From the NCBI RefSeq assembly GCF_009914755.1, contig NC_060937.1: DNA of 64,000 nt. One strand, written 5' to 3'. The position numbers and the translations under genes were made by a program. Positions 13,792 through 30,047 of the stretch are shown here, in pieces; position 1 is the first letter of the stretch; the number at the start of each line of letters is the position of its first letter. The notes under the pieces are model-generated. The model was not told the DNA's origin. It ran no database searches and worked only from the letters and a program-made list of their open reading frames with translations. This DNA comes from the human T2T-CHM13v2.0 reference genome, Homo sapiens.

Positions 13792-16117
13792 CGGGCATAC
13801 CTCACACATATTGTGAGTCCTGTGCCAGACCACTGCAATAAAGCAAAATCACAATAAAGTGAGTTGCACATTGTTTTGGCTTCCCAGTGCATACAAAAGC
13901 TATGGTTAAAGTATACTCTAGTCTGTGCAATAGCATTATGTCTATGAAAACAATGTACATACCTTAATTAAAATACTTTGTTGCTAAAAAAAAATGCGAA
14001 CAATCATCTGAACCTTCAGCAAGTAGTCATCTTTTTGCTGGTAGAGGATACTTCTCAATGTTATGGCTGCTGACTGATCCGGGTGATGGTGGCTGAAGGT
14101 TGGGGTGACTGTGGCAATTTCTTAAAATAAGAAAACAGTGAAGTTTGTGGCACCAGTTGACTCTTCCTTTCATGAAGATTTCTCTGTGGTATACAGTGCT
14201 GTTTGATAGCATTTTACCCACATTTTACCCTTTTGTCAACTAAGTTTTTGGAGTAAATACTTTGTTGTCGTTTCAACGATGTTCACAGCACCTTAAGAAA
14301 CCACTGTCTTTGGTTATGCATAAGAAGCAACTCCTCATCCCTTAAAGTTTGATCATGAGATTGCAGCAATCCAGTCTCACTTACAGGCTTCTCTTCTAAT
14401 TCTAGTTCTCTTGCTATTTCCAGTGACTTCCTCAGCTGAAGTCTTGAACCCCTCAAAGTCATCCAGGAGGACTGGAATCAACTTCTTCCAGACTCTGGTT
14501 AGTGTTGATATTTTGACTTCCTCCCAAGAATCACAGATGTTCTTAATGGCATATAGAATGGTGAATCTTTTCCAGAAGGTTTTCAGTTTACTTTGTCTAG
14601 ATCTGTCAGAGGAATCACTAAGCAGTTATAACCTTACAAAATGTACTTCTTAAATAATAAGACTTGAAAGTCAAAATGACTCCTTGATCCATGGGCTGCA
14701 GAATGACTATATGTAAACTATCAGAAAAACAACATTCATTTCCTTGTACATCTCCATCAGAGCTCCTTTGTGAACAGGTGGGCTGTCAATAAGCACCTAA
14801 GTAATGAGTAATATTTTGAAAGAAATGTTTTTTTCTCAGTAATATGTCTTAATTTTTGGCTTAAAATATTCAGTAAACAAAATATGCTGTAAACAGATGT
14901 GCTATCATCTAAACTTTGTGTTCAATTTACAAAACACAGGAAGAGTAAACTTAGCATAATTCTTAAGGGACAAAGGATTTTTAGAACAGTCAATGAGCAC
15001 TTGCTTCACCTTGAAATCATCAGCTACATTAGCCCCTGAGAAGAGAGTCAGCCTGTCGCTTGAAGCTTTGAAGCTAGGCATTGACTTCTCCTCTCTAGCT
15101 ATGAAAGTCCTAGATGGCTTCTTCTTCCAATAGAAGGCTGTTTTGAATACATTGAAAATCTATTGTTCAGAGCAGCCACCTCCATCAGTGATCTTAGCTA
15201 GAGCGTCTACATAACTTGCTGTAGGTTCTATATCAGCACTTGCAGTTTCACCTTGCGCTCTTATGTTATAGATACAGCGTCTTTCCTTAAACCTCATGAA
15301 CCAACCTCTCCTAACTTCAAACTTTTCTTCTGCCACTTCCTCACCACTCTCAGCCTCCACAGAATTGAAGAGAGTTAGGGCCTTCCTCTGGATTAGGCTT
15401 CGGCTAAAGGGAATGTTGTGGCTGGTTTGAACTTCCACCCAGACCAGTCAAACTTTCTCCATATCAACAATAAGGCTGTTTCTCTGTTTTATCATTCATG
15501 TGTTCACTGGAGTAACATTTTAAATTTCTTTCAAGAACTTTTTCTTTGCATTTACAACTTGGCTAACGGTTTGGAGCAAGAGGCCTCACTTTCAGCCGAA
15601 CTAGGTTTTTGGCCTGCCTTCCTTAATAAGCGGAATCTTTTCTAGCTTTCAAAGTCAAGTGGGAGACATGCGACTCTTCCTTCCACTTAAACACTTAGAG
15701 GACATTGTAGGGTTATTAATTGTTCCAATTTCAATATTATTGTGTCTCAGGGAATAGGGAGGCCCAAGGAAAGGGAGAGAGATGGGGTAATGGCCAATTT
15801 GCAGGGCAGTCTGAACACATACATTTATTGATTGAGTTTGCTGTCTTATGTGGGTGCAATTGGTGGCACACCAAAACAATTACAATAGTAACATTAAAGA
15901 TCACTGATCACAGATCATCAAAACAGATATAATAATAATGTAAAATATTGCGAGAATTACCAAAATGTGACACAGAGTCATGAAGTGAGTGCTATTGTTG
16001 GAAAAATGGCCCTGATATACTTGCTTGACACAGGGTTGCTGCAAACCTTCAATGTGTACAAAACACAGTATCTGCAGAGTGCAATACAGCAAAGCACAAT
16101 AAAATGAGACATGCCCA
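13792..16117 (-). mobile_element. Tigger1 DNA transposon, near full length, with decayed transposase
   Basis: Both TIR-like ends present (cgggcatacctc; aaaatgagacatgccca); ORF remnant 15160-15438 [45 protein letters not shown] is the CENP-B-like HTH region of Tigger1 transposase; many stops and frameshifts. Confidence 0.93.
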
Positions 16118-16351
16118 TCATTGCTACTACTCTGAGACAGGCATTATTAGGCACTGTACCTCTGGTATCTCATGGAATACTTTAAATGCTTCTATGAAGT
16201 AGGCATAATTACTACCGCTATGGCTGTTTTTCATAGTTGGTCATCCTGCCCCGATCCTTGCTCCTCTGCAGTCCGTTCTCTACACAGTGGCCAGATGGAT
16301 TCTCCCCCATGCATCGTCTCACTGCACCCTTCTGCTTCGAATTGCCCCATG

Positions 16352-16850
16352 GCGTTTTAGTTATATAACACCATCACCCCCAAACATAGTAGCTTAAAAA
16401 ACAAAAATGATTTCTGTCTTTGTTGATGAGGAATTCAGGAAGGACTTGGTCTGGTAGTTCTCCCTGGGAGGTCCCTATCACAATTGCAGTCATGAGTTGG
16501 CTAGGCCTGCCATCATTTGACGTCGTGATGGGGCTAGACAGCCTGCTCCTAAGATGGCCCAACCACACACCTGCCTGGGAAGCTGGGACAGGCTGGAGGC
16601 TGGAGGTCTCTGTTCTCTCCACACAGGCTTATCCAACAGAGCTGCTGAGTGTAGGGCGTGGAGGTTGGCTTCGCCATGGGAGCAATGCAAGGTGCCAAGA
16701 TGGACGTGGTATTGCCTTTTATACTCTAGTCTTGGAAGTCACACCCCATCATGTCCACCATAAGCTAGTGGTACAGGAATTTGCAAATATCTGCTTGGGT
16801 TTGAGGAGGGAGGACATAGACTGCGCCTCACTATGAAGTCATGTCAATCA
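16352..16850 (-). mobile_element. MLT1 (F/G/H-like) MaLR LTR
   Basis: taacaccatcaccccaaacatagtagcttaaaaaac...gccttttatactctagtcttggaagtcaca...gaggacatagactg. Confidence 0.7.
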
Positions 16851-18033
16851 TCAGTTGTGGCACAGGGTATGTAGTGGGGTTTATGTTGGGGTCTGGGGAA
16901 TATAAAGCCTGTGTCCAGAACCAAAGCACTGTTCTACCCCTACACAGAACACTCTCTATCCAAAGACCCTTTGGTTAGCATTGCTTTTTGCCATTTCGGC
17001 CTTGCTAAGGCATGAGAAATGTTGCCACATCCGTTGCATCTGCTACAAAGGCATGCTAGTAATTATCAGTGATAACAGAATGAAAAGAATACAGTTGGTT
17101 TTGAGCTTCTAACATATGGTATTGTTGGCTCTTTCTGAGAAGAGAGATCCTGCTTGTGCCCAAGGAATCCCTGAGGATCCCTACGTAGGACCCACTCATC
17201 CCACTGCTTTGTCTCTCTACTACAGGGCAGTCTGTGTCCAGCCACTTCTGGGAAGTGGAGTATCTGATTGGTTACCCTGTGTCATAAAAGAGAGGGCATC
17301 TGAACTAATCTCTTTATGCAGAGTTTCACAGCACTTCGTCTGGGTCACACCCTCATAGCTCCATTCAGGCAAGGTATAGATTTGAGTAGAAATATCTGTC
17401 CTGAGCATCGAGGTACCGCGGTGATGCAAATGTAAGCCCCAGCACAGACAACATGTCTGTGTTTCTAGTGAGCTGGCAGATGGCTTTTAAAGTCAAGTTA
17501 CAAGTGTGTCCAGGCACAGGGACAGCTGTGTGAGCAAAGGAACACTTTTGTGCCAGGGAGGGAGAGAGGACCAGCTCTAGGGGGAACTATAGGCTCTGCA
17601 GGCTCAGAAAGAGGCAGGTGTGATGAAAACCTTCCAGGAGCACCTCATCACTCCGTTCAGGCCTCCTGACTCATTAGGAGATTCTGGTGACACCCCGCCT
17701 CCCTGGCTTCAATCTCTCTAGCTGTAAGCCTGGGGATTGGAAGACTTGGCACAGTCTTTCCTCCCCAAGGGTGCCGTGCTGATGATGTTTGCAGAGTGCA
17801 TCACACTCCTCTGATAAAAGGTGTCTCCTGAGTACAAAGTATCATTGTCACTATATTCCACAATGTGGCTAAATATAGGTGTGCACCAATCTGCTGAAGA
17901 GCAGAGTGTCTCTTCAGCATTTGCCTGGGAGGAGCAAGTGGCCCAGTGGCTGCATAGGATGCAGCAGAAAAGAGCTGGCATGCAGCAGCAGTGTACCTGA
18001 GACCAGGGCATGGGGAGAGGGAAAGGCCCTGCA

Positions 18034-18049
18034 TGCCCCCCTGGTGGGC
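18034..18049 (-). promoter_or_regulatory. Weaker CTCF-like motif
   Basis: Minus strand reads GCCCACCAGGGGGGCA; motif evidence only. Confidence 0.3.
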
Positions 18050-20014
18050 AGCCCCAGCCCACTTGGTGACAGTGAGGCCTGAGTGCAGCAAGGCTGGAGT
18101 CATGCTGTGAAAGCCCACAGTAGCAGAGCCCCTGCCAGGAATATAGCAAGGAGATCACAGATCACAGAGTACATTGCACCTGCCCCATGCAGTGGCGGAG
18201 CAAGACGCTCAAGGGTCTGGAGTTAAGAGGGACCATTTGAGGTTAAGAGGGGAGGAGTCTCCCTTGTTTTGGTTTTTGTTTTTTGTTTTCCCACACAGTC
18301 CCAGAGGGTACTGTGGTGTTCTGACACACTCCCTGTGTCAGAGCTGTTTTTTCATTATGACCAAGACAGAGCAGGTGTGAGAGCTGAGCATCCTCCCCTT
18401 GCTGTGCTCCTCTGGTCTCCAAGGCACCCTCCCCATGCGCTGCTTCCTTCCACTTACCGCCCTCGCACGGCACCACATCCTGAGCTCTGCTTGTTCCCTC
18501 TTCAGACTGGCAGGTGGTTATAGAGGTGTTTGGGGTGTCAGCTCTGAAATGCTAAAAATAAAACCAGGCTTTCTATCCTGGGATGTCTCATTAGTTTGCT
18601 TACAAATGAGTCCCCCTGCAGTTTTTCAGCAATTGGCTAACAAGCTCTAATTTGAGCGTTTGGGCTGGACCTTGGCTCAGTGGGAGCAGACGCGGAGCAG
18701 ATGCCTTCTCGGAGCTGCCTGTTTGGGGAAGCTGGTCGTTTCCACTCTAGCTCAGCCTCCCAGAACAGGGAAGCTGCAGGAAAGTTGACAAAAGCACAGC
18801 AAAGCAGGGAGAGCCTCCTCGGTAGAGAGCAACGACCAGGTGGGTGTGGGTGTGGAGAGCAGTGGGGCCCACCTGGGCAGGTGCGGGGGGATGGGAGGAG
18901 GGGCTGAGAGTGCTCTCTAAGTTAAGGTCACGGTGTAGAGGAGAGGACTTGAAAACTTCCTGCAGCAGCTTCGTGGCCCGGTGAAATGTTCTCAGCAGCA
19001 AGCATGAAGCTCTGATTTGTAAAAAAATCAATACGGCTTGCATGCCAACTATGCCTTCTCCAATCCTGCATTTGTGATGTCAGAGGTTGTCATTCTGGGC
19101 TATGGAGCAAACCTTTCAGGGTTGACCCAGTCCTTCTAGGTCATGTGGAGTGGGCCAGCTTTAATGAACCTGTCTAAAAGGAAGGAAGAGAAAGAGCTCA
19201 GCTCCTTAGGGGAACAAGGTGGACCTTGGCAGCTGTCTCACTCCTCACCAGCTCTTCACCTCAGATCTTGTCCTGACTTCCTGGTCCACTAACGGCCTCC
19301 TGGATAGAAGAGTCAGGTAATGATCCCTGCCTTTCAATACTCATTGCTCAGTTTCAACAATCATCAACAATTTGCCAATCTCATTTCATCTCTCCTCTTA
19401 TCTTTTTCCTTTTCTGGAGTATTCAGATCCTCTCACTTTCTGAGTGGAACTAAGAGTCTTCCTCACCTTCATCACCACTATTAGCTTATAAACCTCTTTT
19501 AAGGACAGGGATTCACCTCAGCTCAATTATGTTTTGTTACACACGTGGTACCCATCTTCTGTGTTGAGAGATGTTTGAATTATACAGTTTTTAGTGCATT
19601 AAGTGTTAGTGTTTGGGATCCAATTTGGCTCACTCTAGATGAGCTATAGAGTCTTCATTTTTTCTCCTCTCCCTTTTTCCTTCTTGAGTTAAAAATCACA
19701 GTTACCCAGCCTCCCCATACCTCCCCCCGCACCCTATATTACCACTTGTTTTTCTTTCTTTTTTCTAACCACACCCTGAGGCATTTCACCAGCAACTCTT
19801 TATTATCTAACCACAGTTCACCAGCCCAGGAGATGTTCTGAAAATTGACAATGATCATGATATACCCTGGATCCAGAATACTTCTCTATACAATGGGTGT
19901 GTATAAAGACAGACAGACCTGCCAGGCTCCATCAGGAAAGCTCTGTGTCTCCTTCACATGTGGAGGGACAGAATATTATCTGGAGATGGAGAATGCTTCT
20001 GAGAGCCTCTAGCA

Positions 20015-20356
20015 CAGGGATCCCCAACCCCACAGCCTCGGGCAGGTCCCAGTCCCAGTCTGTGGCCTGTTAGGAACCGGGCCACACAACCGGGGGTGAG
20101 CGGTGGGCAAGTGAGCGTTACCACGTGAGCTCTGCCTCCTGTCGGATCAGCCGGTAGCATAAGAGTCTCATAGAAGCGTGAACTCTATTGTGAATTGCGC
20201 AAGTGAGGGCTCTAGGTTGGGTGCTTCTTATGAGAATCTAATGCCTGAGGATGAGGCAAAACAGTTTCATTCCAAAATCATCCCCCGGACCCCATCTGTG
20301 GAAAAATTGTCTTCCATGAAACCCGTCCCTAATGCCAAAAAATTTGGAGACCACTG
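20015..20356 (+). mobile_element. MER1B hAT-Charlie MITE
   Basis: cagggatccccaacccc...ggagaccactg with internal tggcctgttaggaaccgggcc; 8-bp TSD CTCTAGCA / CTCTAGTA. Confidence 0.92.
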
Positions 20357-21277
20357 CTCTAGTAGGCCTGCCTACTGGGCTTACTTTGTGTATATGAAAT
20401 TGATAATTATTCCTCGTTTCAGAAATTTAAAATGTTACATTTATATTTCTTTCATATTTCCAACATTGTACCAAAGGTCAGTCCTAGAATGCTTTGTTTT
20501 AGCTGTTTTTCTTTCCTTAGGCAGAGAACAAAGATTGGTGGCTTCCTCCTGAGCACACTGGGATGTGGCATTACATCGGGGCTGCTGAGTGCCCTTACCT
20601 TCAGCTGCCCAGATGCAGAGGCAGGTGGGTGGGGCCAGGGAGTTTGATGCTTCACCTCCTTAAGTGAGAACTGCATCATGCAAACAGTCAGCTCTCAGCC
20701 AGATGGCACCACAAGGTTCTGTGAATTTCTCTCAGCACAACAAGCACATCTGCCAGTTGGGTTCCAATGCTGTTTTCTCTTTTCTTCTCGGCACTAGACA
20801 CCAGGGCTTTAATTACACAGCCAAACTCAGCCGCAGAACACTCCCCAGTCTCGTCCTGGCTGGGCCCAGGACCTCCCCACCTCTTCAAAAGCCCCAAAAT
20901 GGAACGATCATGGCCGGTCATCAGGGCCGGCAGGTGCAAAGGTGCTAAGTGGGCTGAGCTGACCCTGTACTCCTCTTGGTTCTCTCTGTAATGATCCCCT
21001 CTTCCTCACAGGCCCCCTTTGCCCTGATCTCGCCCTCCCACCTGCTGTCGGAGGGCCCCTCATGGAGATGCTCAGCCAGGCCCAGACCTCAGCGCTCCCT
21101 TGGCCTGGCCTTTCCACTGGGCTTCCTCGTGTCCTTAGTGCCCGGGTCCCCAGGGGAAGGCTTGGCCAGAGAGCTGCTTGGAAGCAACAGTTATTACGTA
21201 GACAATTGACAGAAATCTGTGTGGTTGTGCGGCCACACTCCTTTGTCAATCCTGCCCAGATATCCTACTTTCCTCAT

Positions 21278-21505
21278 AACAGCCAGCATTTTTTTGAGTG
21301 CTCACTATGTGCCAGGCACTTTACTGTATTAACTCATTTAATCCTACAACAACCTTATGAGGTAGGTGCTGCTGTTAATCACATTTTACAGATGAGAAAA
21401 CTGAGGCACAGAGAGGTTCAGCCCCTTGCCCCAAATCACCCAGCTAGTAATGAGCAGAGGTGGGATTCATATCTAGGATTCTAGCCTGACTCAAGAGCCA
21501 AAAGG
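21278..21505 (-). mobile_element. MIR SINE
   Basis: Well-preserved core cattttacagatgagaaaactgaggcacagagaggtt. Confidence 0.9.
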
Positions 21506-22952
21506 CTTTTAAAAGAAAACCTGAAACTACGTACAATTCCATATGACATGGAAAAAATTAAATAAAGTTCTTGGCTCAAAGGGTGGCATTCTGATGCTTT
21601 CCTTTTCCCTTTTCATCTTCTCATTTCCACTTTTAAAAAAATTATTTTTCTCAACACAGTGACTGTGACAAGAGTAAATATGATAGTGGAGGTTCAGATA
21701 ATGTGAAAAACCAGTGGAGGAGACAATTTTAGGTGGCTTTGCTGTGTCCTCTTCACCTGACAGAGGTGGGCACCCTTAGGTCTGGTTTATGATCTTGGCC
21801 AAGCCTCAAAAAGGGAAGACCAAAACTCCTAGTAGCACCCCGTGGTTTTAGAGTTGTTAGGGAAATGCGGTATGCAAAGCCTCTGAAAGGAAAGGATCCA
21901 AGCTTAGGGATGTGAGGATCTACTAAAATTGTAAGGGACACGTGAATAAGAGGGAGATTGATCTGTGATGATGAGTTGGCAAAAAATGAAAATATGCACA
22001 AACTCCCCACCATGGAGGAGGCCTCGTGTGCGGGAAAAGGCATTGTTTCTGCCCTTTGGATGTGTTGAAGGATGCTCTAGAATAGAGAAAGTCATTAAAA
22101 ACTAAATCACAGAGGAGCATGTGACACAAGGCATAGTGCAAGGGGAGTTTAGAGAGGGTATCAGGCAAATCAGCGAGGGGTAAGGGCAGAAGGATGAAGC
22201 TGTGGCTTTGAGAGAGGACTTGGAGGCTGAGGAGAGCTCAGATGTCACCAGGCAAGACCTTAGTCCCAACCCACATGGTCGTTGCCTCCACTGTCCTTCC
22301 AAGATGCTCCAGCCAGGGCCCATGTCCATGCTCCCTGGATCTCTTGCCTCCAGCTACAGTACCTGCCATGCAGCTGGTGCTCAAGATACTTTTGTTTTAA
22401 AATATCAGTGAATAAATGAATAAGCACAGCCGTTGAGTTTTTAACCATTAGGTCAGTCAGGTGTATGAAATTTGAAGAGCCACTTACACGTCTTGATTGA
22501 ATTCCCCTTTGTCTTGCCAGTTTCTCCCTTTTCCTTTACTGCACCTTTCAGATTTCTCAGCGTAGCCTTCATTCATAGTGTCACTCACAGTGGGATACGT
22601 CAGGCTGCATCCACTGTGTTATTCGGTGTGTCACCAGTGCCTTGACTAGGACAGAGATAGCCTTGAAAGAGTGGTTACCTTCACTAATAAGCATTATGCA
22701 ATGTCTTCACTGCCTTCTCTTGGCTCTTTTGGTCTCCATCCTGAATCCTACTGATGTGATCTTTGGTGATGGCGCTGGGTGAAGGTGGTGCTGACAGTAA
22801 GATGTGCACAGGCTCACCTCTAGCTCAGCCTCTACCTCACTCTGGAACCCCAAGCTCATCCCCCCCTATACGATGGGGGTGGCAGGACTTGCCCTGGATC
22901 CCCGACAGGGTTCTCACCAGAGAGACAGTTGGGAAAGCTCATTGAAAAGTTA

Positions 22953-23282
<330 letters not shown>

Positions 23283-24489
23283 GAAAAGTTACTGTTCTAT
23301 TAAATGTACTCTCTCTAATGAATGAAATCTTCCTGCATATAATGATTTGAGCCTTCTCCATAACTCTTCACTCCTTTTTACACCAATTTTTGTTTTAATG
23401 GGAAGAAAAAAAACCCTATGCACTATTTCCTCCCCTACCTTTTTCTAGTTAGGATTAAACAGAAGAAAAATGGTGGCACCATTCCCAGAGGTCTTCAGCA
23501 TTTGAACTTTACACTAGAAAACTCTCAATCCAAAGCTAAAATTCATATGTAACCAATGTCCTTAAGCTAACAGCTGCTTGCACATTCAAAAAAGCTTCGT
23601 ATTTCTCCTTCATGTCACTGTTAACTCTCTATTTCTCTTTAGCTATTTATCAGCCTCTGAGAAAATCTCCCGGCAACTCCTCCCCACATAAAACTATTCT
23701 AAATCCATGTGAAGCCCTTAATTTAATCAACACATTACCATTTCCTAACAAAGGGTAAATGAGATCAACTAAATTTACACCAGGAAGAAAGGAAATTAAT
23801 TTTACTCAATTATAAAATGGAGGAGGCTTTACACAGGTAACAATTTAACAATTGTAGTAGTGGGGATTATGGAAAATTCTGAATCAGGATGCCAGGAGGT
23901 CACCCACTGCTGATAGGTTTCAAAATAACTCCCCAAATCCTGACAGTAACAATTTAGTGAAGGCCCAAGAGCCGAGATAGTCCTTAAGTAATGAAAAATG
24001 ATGACAGCCTAAAAAGAGGGAGTTGCATAATAATCAGAAATTAGATTTGACACTGATAAGTCACCTGTAAATAATCTGCAGAGCTTGCCTTTTAGCTACT
24101 TCTAAGGCTTGCAGACAATGCATTGTTTAAGCTATGTTCAGAAGACACCCAGCACCTTATTTTCTAGAACCAGATTTTTCTGTGGGTAGAAGGGAAGAAA
24201 TCCAGGATTTATGGCAGATGTACAGTAAAATATAAACTAAGATGATTAAAACAAAATGGACCCTGGACAGTAATGCTAACTGGCACACTAAGATCAATGG
24301 ATGTGGATTCATATAAGCTGTCTAGAGACCAGCTGGTAAAAATAGGGGGAATGGTTAGAAATTATAACCCACTCCAAGCTGGAAAACATGCCAACCGTAT
24401 TGTGTTATTCTGGGGCACAAATTATAATTCTACAACACATTAAAGAGAAAATTGTATGGGAAGCTAGAAGTCATTTTCTTATGCTTCCC

Positions 24490-24710
24490 GCTCATAGGGA
24501 GCCACATGCCATTTGGATTACTGCACTTTTCAAAGTACATGGAAAGACCTGAGACAATCCAGAGAAGAATGACACAAACAAAAGGGCAGAACTCATGATG
24601 GAAAAGAGGCCCCATGAGGAAAGGCTAAAGAGTCAGAACTACTGAAGCTAAAGAGGAAAACTCAAGTAACGAAACATTATTGCTTTCAAATATGTGACAG
24701 GTATTTGGCT
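24490..24710 (+). mobile_element. L3/CR1 LINE remnant
   Basis: gagacaatccagagaagaatgac...catgaggaaaggctaaagag...tgctttcaaatatgtga resembles the CR1 ORF2 3' region. Confidence 0.55.
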
Positions 24711-26883
24711 AGAAGTTATCACTGATACGTTTCCGGAACACATGGAGGCCAAGGCAGACAAAAGTAAAGATGGAAATCAGACCAGTAAATAAGTCCTTTG
24801 ATGACCTTCTGAGTCTCTACAGATGAAGGCAAAGCTCCCTCACAGTTGCAGGCAACGTCTCATCTTTTGTCACTTCTGGCATGACACTGCACAGCCACAG
24901 CCAGTACGGTATCTCTGCCTTTGCCCATGTCCTGCCTTCTTTCTCCCTGGTCGGTATCTCCTCACCTCAACCAGCTTGGCCAACTCCTTGGTCGTTGGGG
25001 TTGCACCCACCCAGGCATGTGCCTGGCTCTGCACAACCTCAGAAGCTCTCAGTACAGTGCAGGAACAGAGGTTGAAACCAATGAAAGGTTGTTAAATAAA
25101 GAGAAAATGTTTAATGCTGAGAACAAAGACTAGGAAAGAGATGTCTAATAAGAAATTTTACAGTGAAATACCATGTGTTGTGCTCTGTAACTTCCTCTCC
25201 ATCTCCCTAACATAGTGTTTAGTGAAATCTACAGTGCTCACTCATGCTTTGTGGAGTCTGGGGGTGAAAGCTTGTAGATATCCAACATTTGCATAACACT
25301 AGAAAGTCCACTTTGCCCTCTCCGAGAAAATCTAGTGATCCTGCTGTTTATATCTGATTCAGATCCCTCAATAAGAGTTCTCTTGGTCTCATTTTCATAC
25401 TGATCCTAAGAAGCATTCACTAACTAGGCTGTACCTACCTAGTACAGCTCTGTCCATATGGTAGATCTGCAATAGATTCTTGGGATCTTATGGTAATTAG
25501 ATAGCACGCCTATTCTGGAATAGTGGCAATTTGGTTATTCTCTTACACTGACCAAGCATGTGTTAGCTCACTGATGCCCATCTATGTAGGTATTTAGATG
25601 CATTGTCCTGGGAGACACCCAGCTTCCTGGGAAGATGGAGATGGAGAGTCTCCTGAAGTATCCTGAAGTTCTTCACTGTCTCCCTTGACAGGGATCCTGG
25701 GTAAACTTCATGAAGACCTACAGGGAACTGGCAGCTGGCCTGTTCTGCTATGAGAGAACTCTCTCGATAAGCCCTATTATTTTCCTGAAACCATGTTACA
25801 TTATAAGAGGCTGGAAGGGATGGTGAGAAATCATTTATTCCATGGTTCTCTGGGCAGAACAGCACTCACCCATCGCAGAAGCCTCCACATCCTCTCATTA
25901 TGTCTTATCTTTTTATTTGTTTCCAAGCCACATTCATCTCCAAAGCAAACCTTTGTTATGTTTACTTGAGAACACCACAGTTTCCCATTGCATCTCTCAC
26001 CCCCTTGTCAAAACTATGCAAATTAAGAATAACCCCAATCTGGTTGAGATTGTTTGTAACTGAAAAGTAATTGGGTTATAATATGCTAATTCTTATGCTA
26101 ATATTTGGCTCCAAAGATAAAGAGACCTGAAATGCTAATGTGAGAGTCCTCCCACAAAGAGGATTACAAGCAGGAAGTTTGCAGAAGAAAGGAGGGGACC
26201 CGAATGGAGCAAGGACTAGAAACACAGGCCCTTTAGAAATCATTGGGGGGTTTTGTTGGTTTGTTTCTTTATACTTTCTTTTATTTTGCAAATTTTCTAT
26301 GATTACTATGTGTTACCGTAACACTTAGCAGGAAAAATAACGTAATGTCTAAAGAGAAAAAAGAATGAGGAACTTTCTCGGAGCAGAAGTAGATGAAGGA
26401 AAGGCCGAGGCTGGCCTTACCAGAGCCTCTCCCAGGAAACGGTCAGGCACTGACCCGAGCTGGCTTCCCAAGACAGGAAGAGTTGGTTTCAGGGAAAATC
26501 CATGTCTGGGATCCAGGGAAGTTGATGAGTCAGCTTTCAGGTGGGTGAGAGAACAGTGGCTCCAACCTGGGCCTCAGGACCACTGGGACTGAGAGGAAAG
26601 GGAAATAATATCTTCAAACCTGGTGGAAGAGGTCAATGTGAGCGTATTAGAACCATACCCTGTCGATGTTTCTCCATTCATTTCTTTAAGGAATATTCTA
26701 CAAATATCTGTTACCCTCTTTGTACAGTACACTCTGCTAGTCTCTGTGGGTACTGGGAAGATGAATAAAGAGGAACGAAGATGCTTCCCCAGTCTGAAGA
26801 GCAGGGGCTTTCTCTGTGAGCCTGTGAAGGAGGCGGTGCAGGCATCAACCTGCTGAGGCCTTCACACCCCTCCTTCTGGCTGA

Positions 26884-27830
<947 letters not shown>

Positions 27831-28794
27831 TCAAAAATATTGAAGATCTCTTCAGCTTCTTTTCTTCCCCTGCCTTCACCAAGAGGTCACACATCATTAC
27901 TGGCAGCAAATGGATCCCATTTGTACTACAGAGGTCAAAGATTTCAGTCAGTGAGTTACGGACACCGTCGACGAAAACAGCAGCCTGTCAGGGAATCACG
28001 TAATGATCACAGCCAAAGGAAGCCCTGTCCTGGGAGTACCCTGCTGATGCCTCAGCTTCTTGCTTCTAAGCTCCTGGCCCCATTTGGTCTGAGGCAAAGA
28101 ACATTGAGATTGGTGCCATTTATTTTCATTAACGTGCAGAAGAGGCGGCAGGAGTTTTGGGAGACCTCTGAAGAACCATTAGTTGGGGTGAGACTAAGAC
28201 CATGCTTTCTACTCTGGAAACTTGGTCTGCAACCGGTAAAGTAAGGTCTCCCAACAAATGGAATAATGTGCCGTGTGGCTATGATGGGTGTAGATAGATA
28301 ATCAATGCTCAGCGCATTTTCCCCGGGAAAGGTTTCCAGGATGCCTTTTAAGGAAAGTAATGAGCTGTTTGTTCCCTGGTTGTAGGAGAAGAGGGTGTTT
28401 GTTGATCACACATCTTTTTAATTAGTTATAGACACAGATGGGTTTTTTTTCACGTTTTTCTGACATATACTTACTTATCTAATGAAAAGTGCCCAGCATA
28501 AAAATGCAGGAGACAGACTTCCTTAGCCACCAGAGGCATCTTCCCTGCTTCCGTATTATTGGTTTTAAAGTGACCTGCCCTGAAAGAGACCATCTCCAAA
28601 GCCCTGAAGGTCGTCCATAGATCATTTCAGCCTAACAGGCCATTTATTTCCATACAGATACAACACCAAGTGAGGTGCTGTATGTGGGCCAAACATCACA
28701 GGTGTCAAGCAAGATGTATGTTAGGTTGTGTTCATCCCATGCATATTAGGGCTTTGTGGAACAAAATGCTTCTCTCCTTCAGCAGCAAAGTAAT

Positions 28795-28893
28795 TGTGCT
28801 TAGACAATCTGTTTGACCTTCTCTGAGCCCCAGCTTCCTTATCTATAAAAAGACGTCTGGACTGAATGTTCCCAAGTTCCTCTCTGCTCTAAG
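28795..28893 (+). mobile_element. MIR3/MIRc fragment
   Basis: gaccttctctgagccccagcttccttatctataaaa...ctggactgaatg...tgctctaag. Confidence 0.6.
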
Positions 28894-29247
28894 CTCGCAA
28901 GCTGAAGTTTGTACACAAAAGCAGGACCTCTGCGGAGGAGCAAAAGTCTGCTCCACACCTACCTGATAACCCTCCTTGGTGCTCTTGGCTTCAGAGTTTG
29001 TTTCGATCCCCTCTCTTGTCTGACTGGAACAGTTCGACTTTTGCTACAAGCTGCAGCTCAAATACCATCTCCTCTCGGAGGCCTTTCTAGCTCTGTTCTT
29101 TTCCACATGTGTGTGTTTGGGCAGACACACGTATCTGTCAGGGTCCCTCTAATTCTAAAGAATCTGAACAATCTGTTTAATTCTAATGGGGCTCCTAGAG
29201 GACTTCACACCACCTGAATTTCAATGGAGTCATCACTGCACGGCTAG

Positions 29248-30047
<800 letters not shown>

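Noticed and set aside
15160-15438. TIGD1-like domesticated transposase gene
   Set aside because: Only a 92-aa fragment within a Tigger1 copy full of stops and frameshifts.
28527-28541. CTCF-like GCCACCAGAGGCATC
   Set aside because: Lacks one G of the core, so spacing is shifted; weak match.
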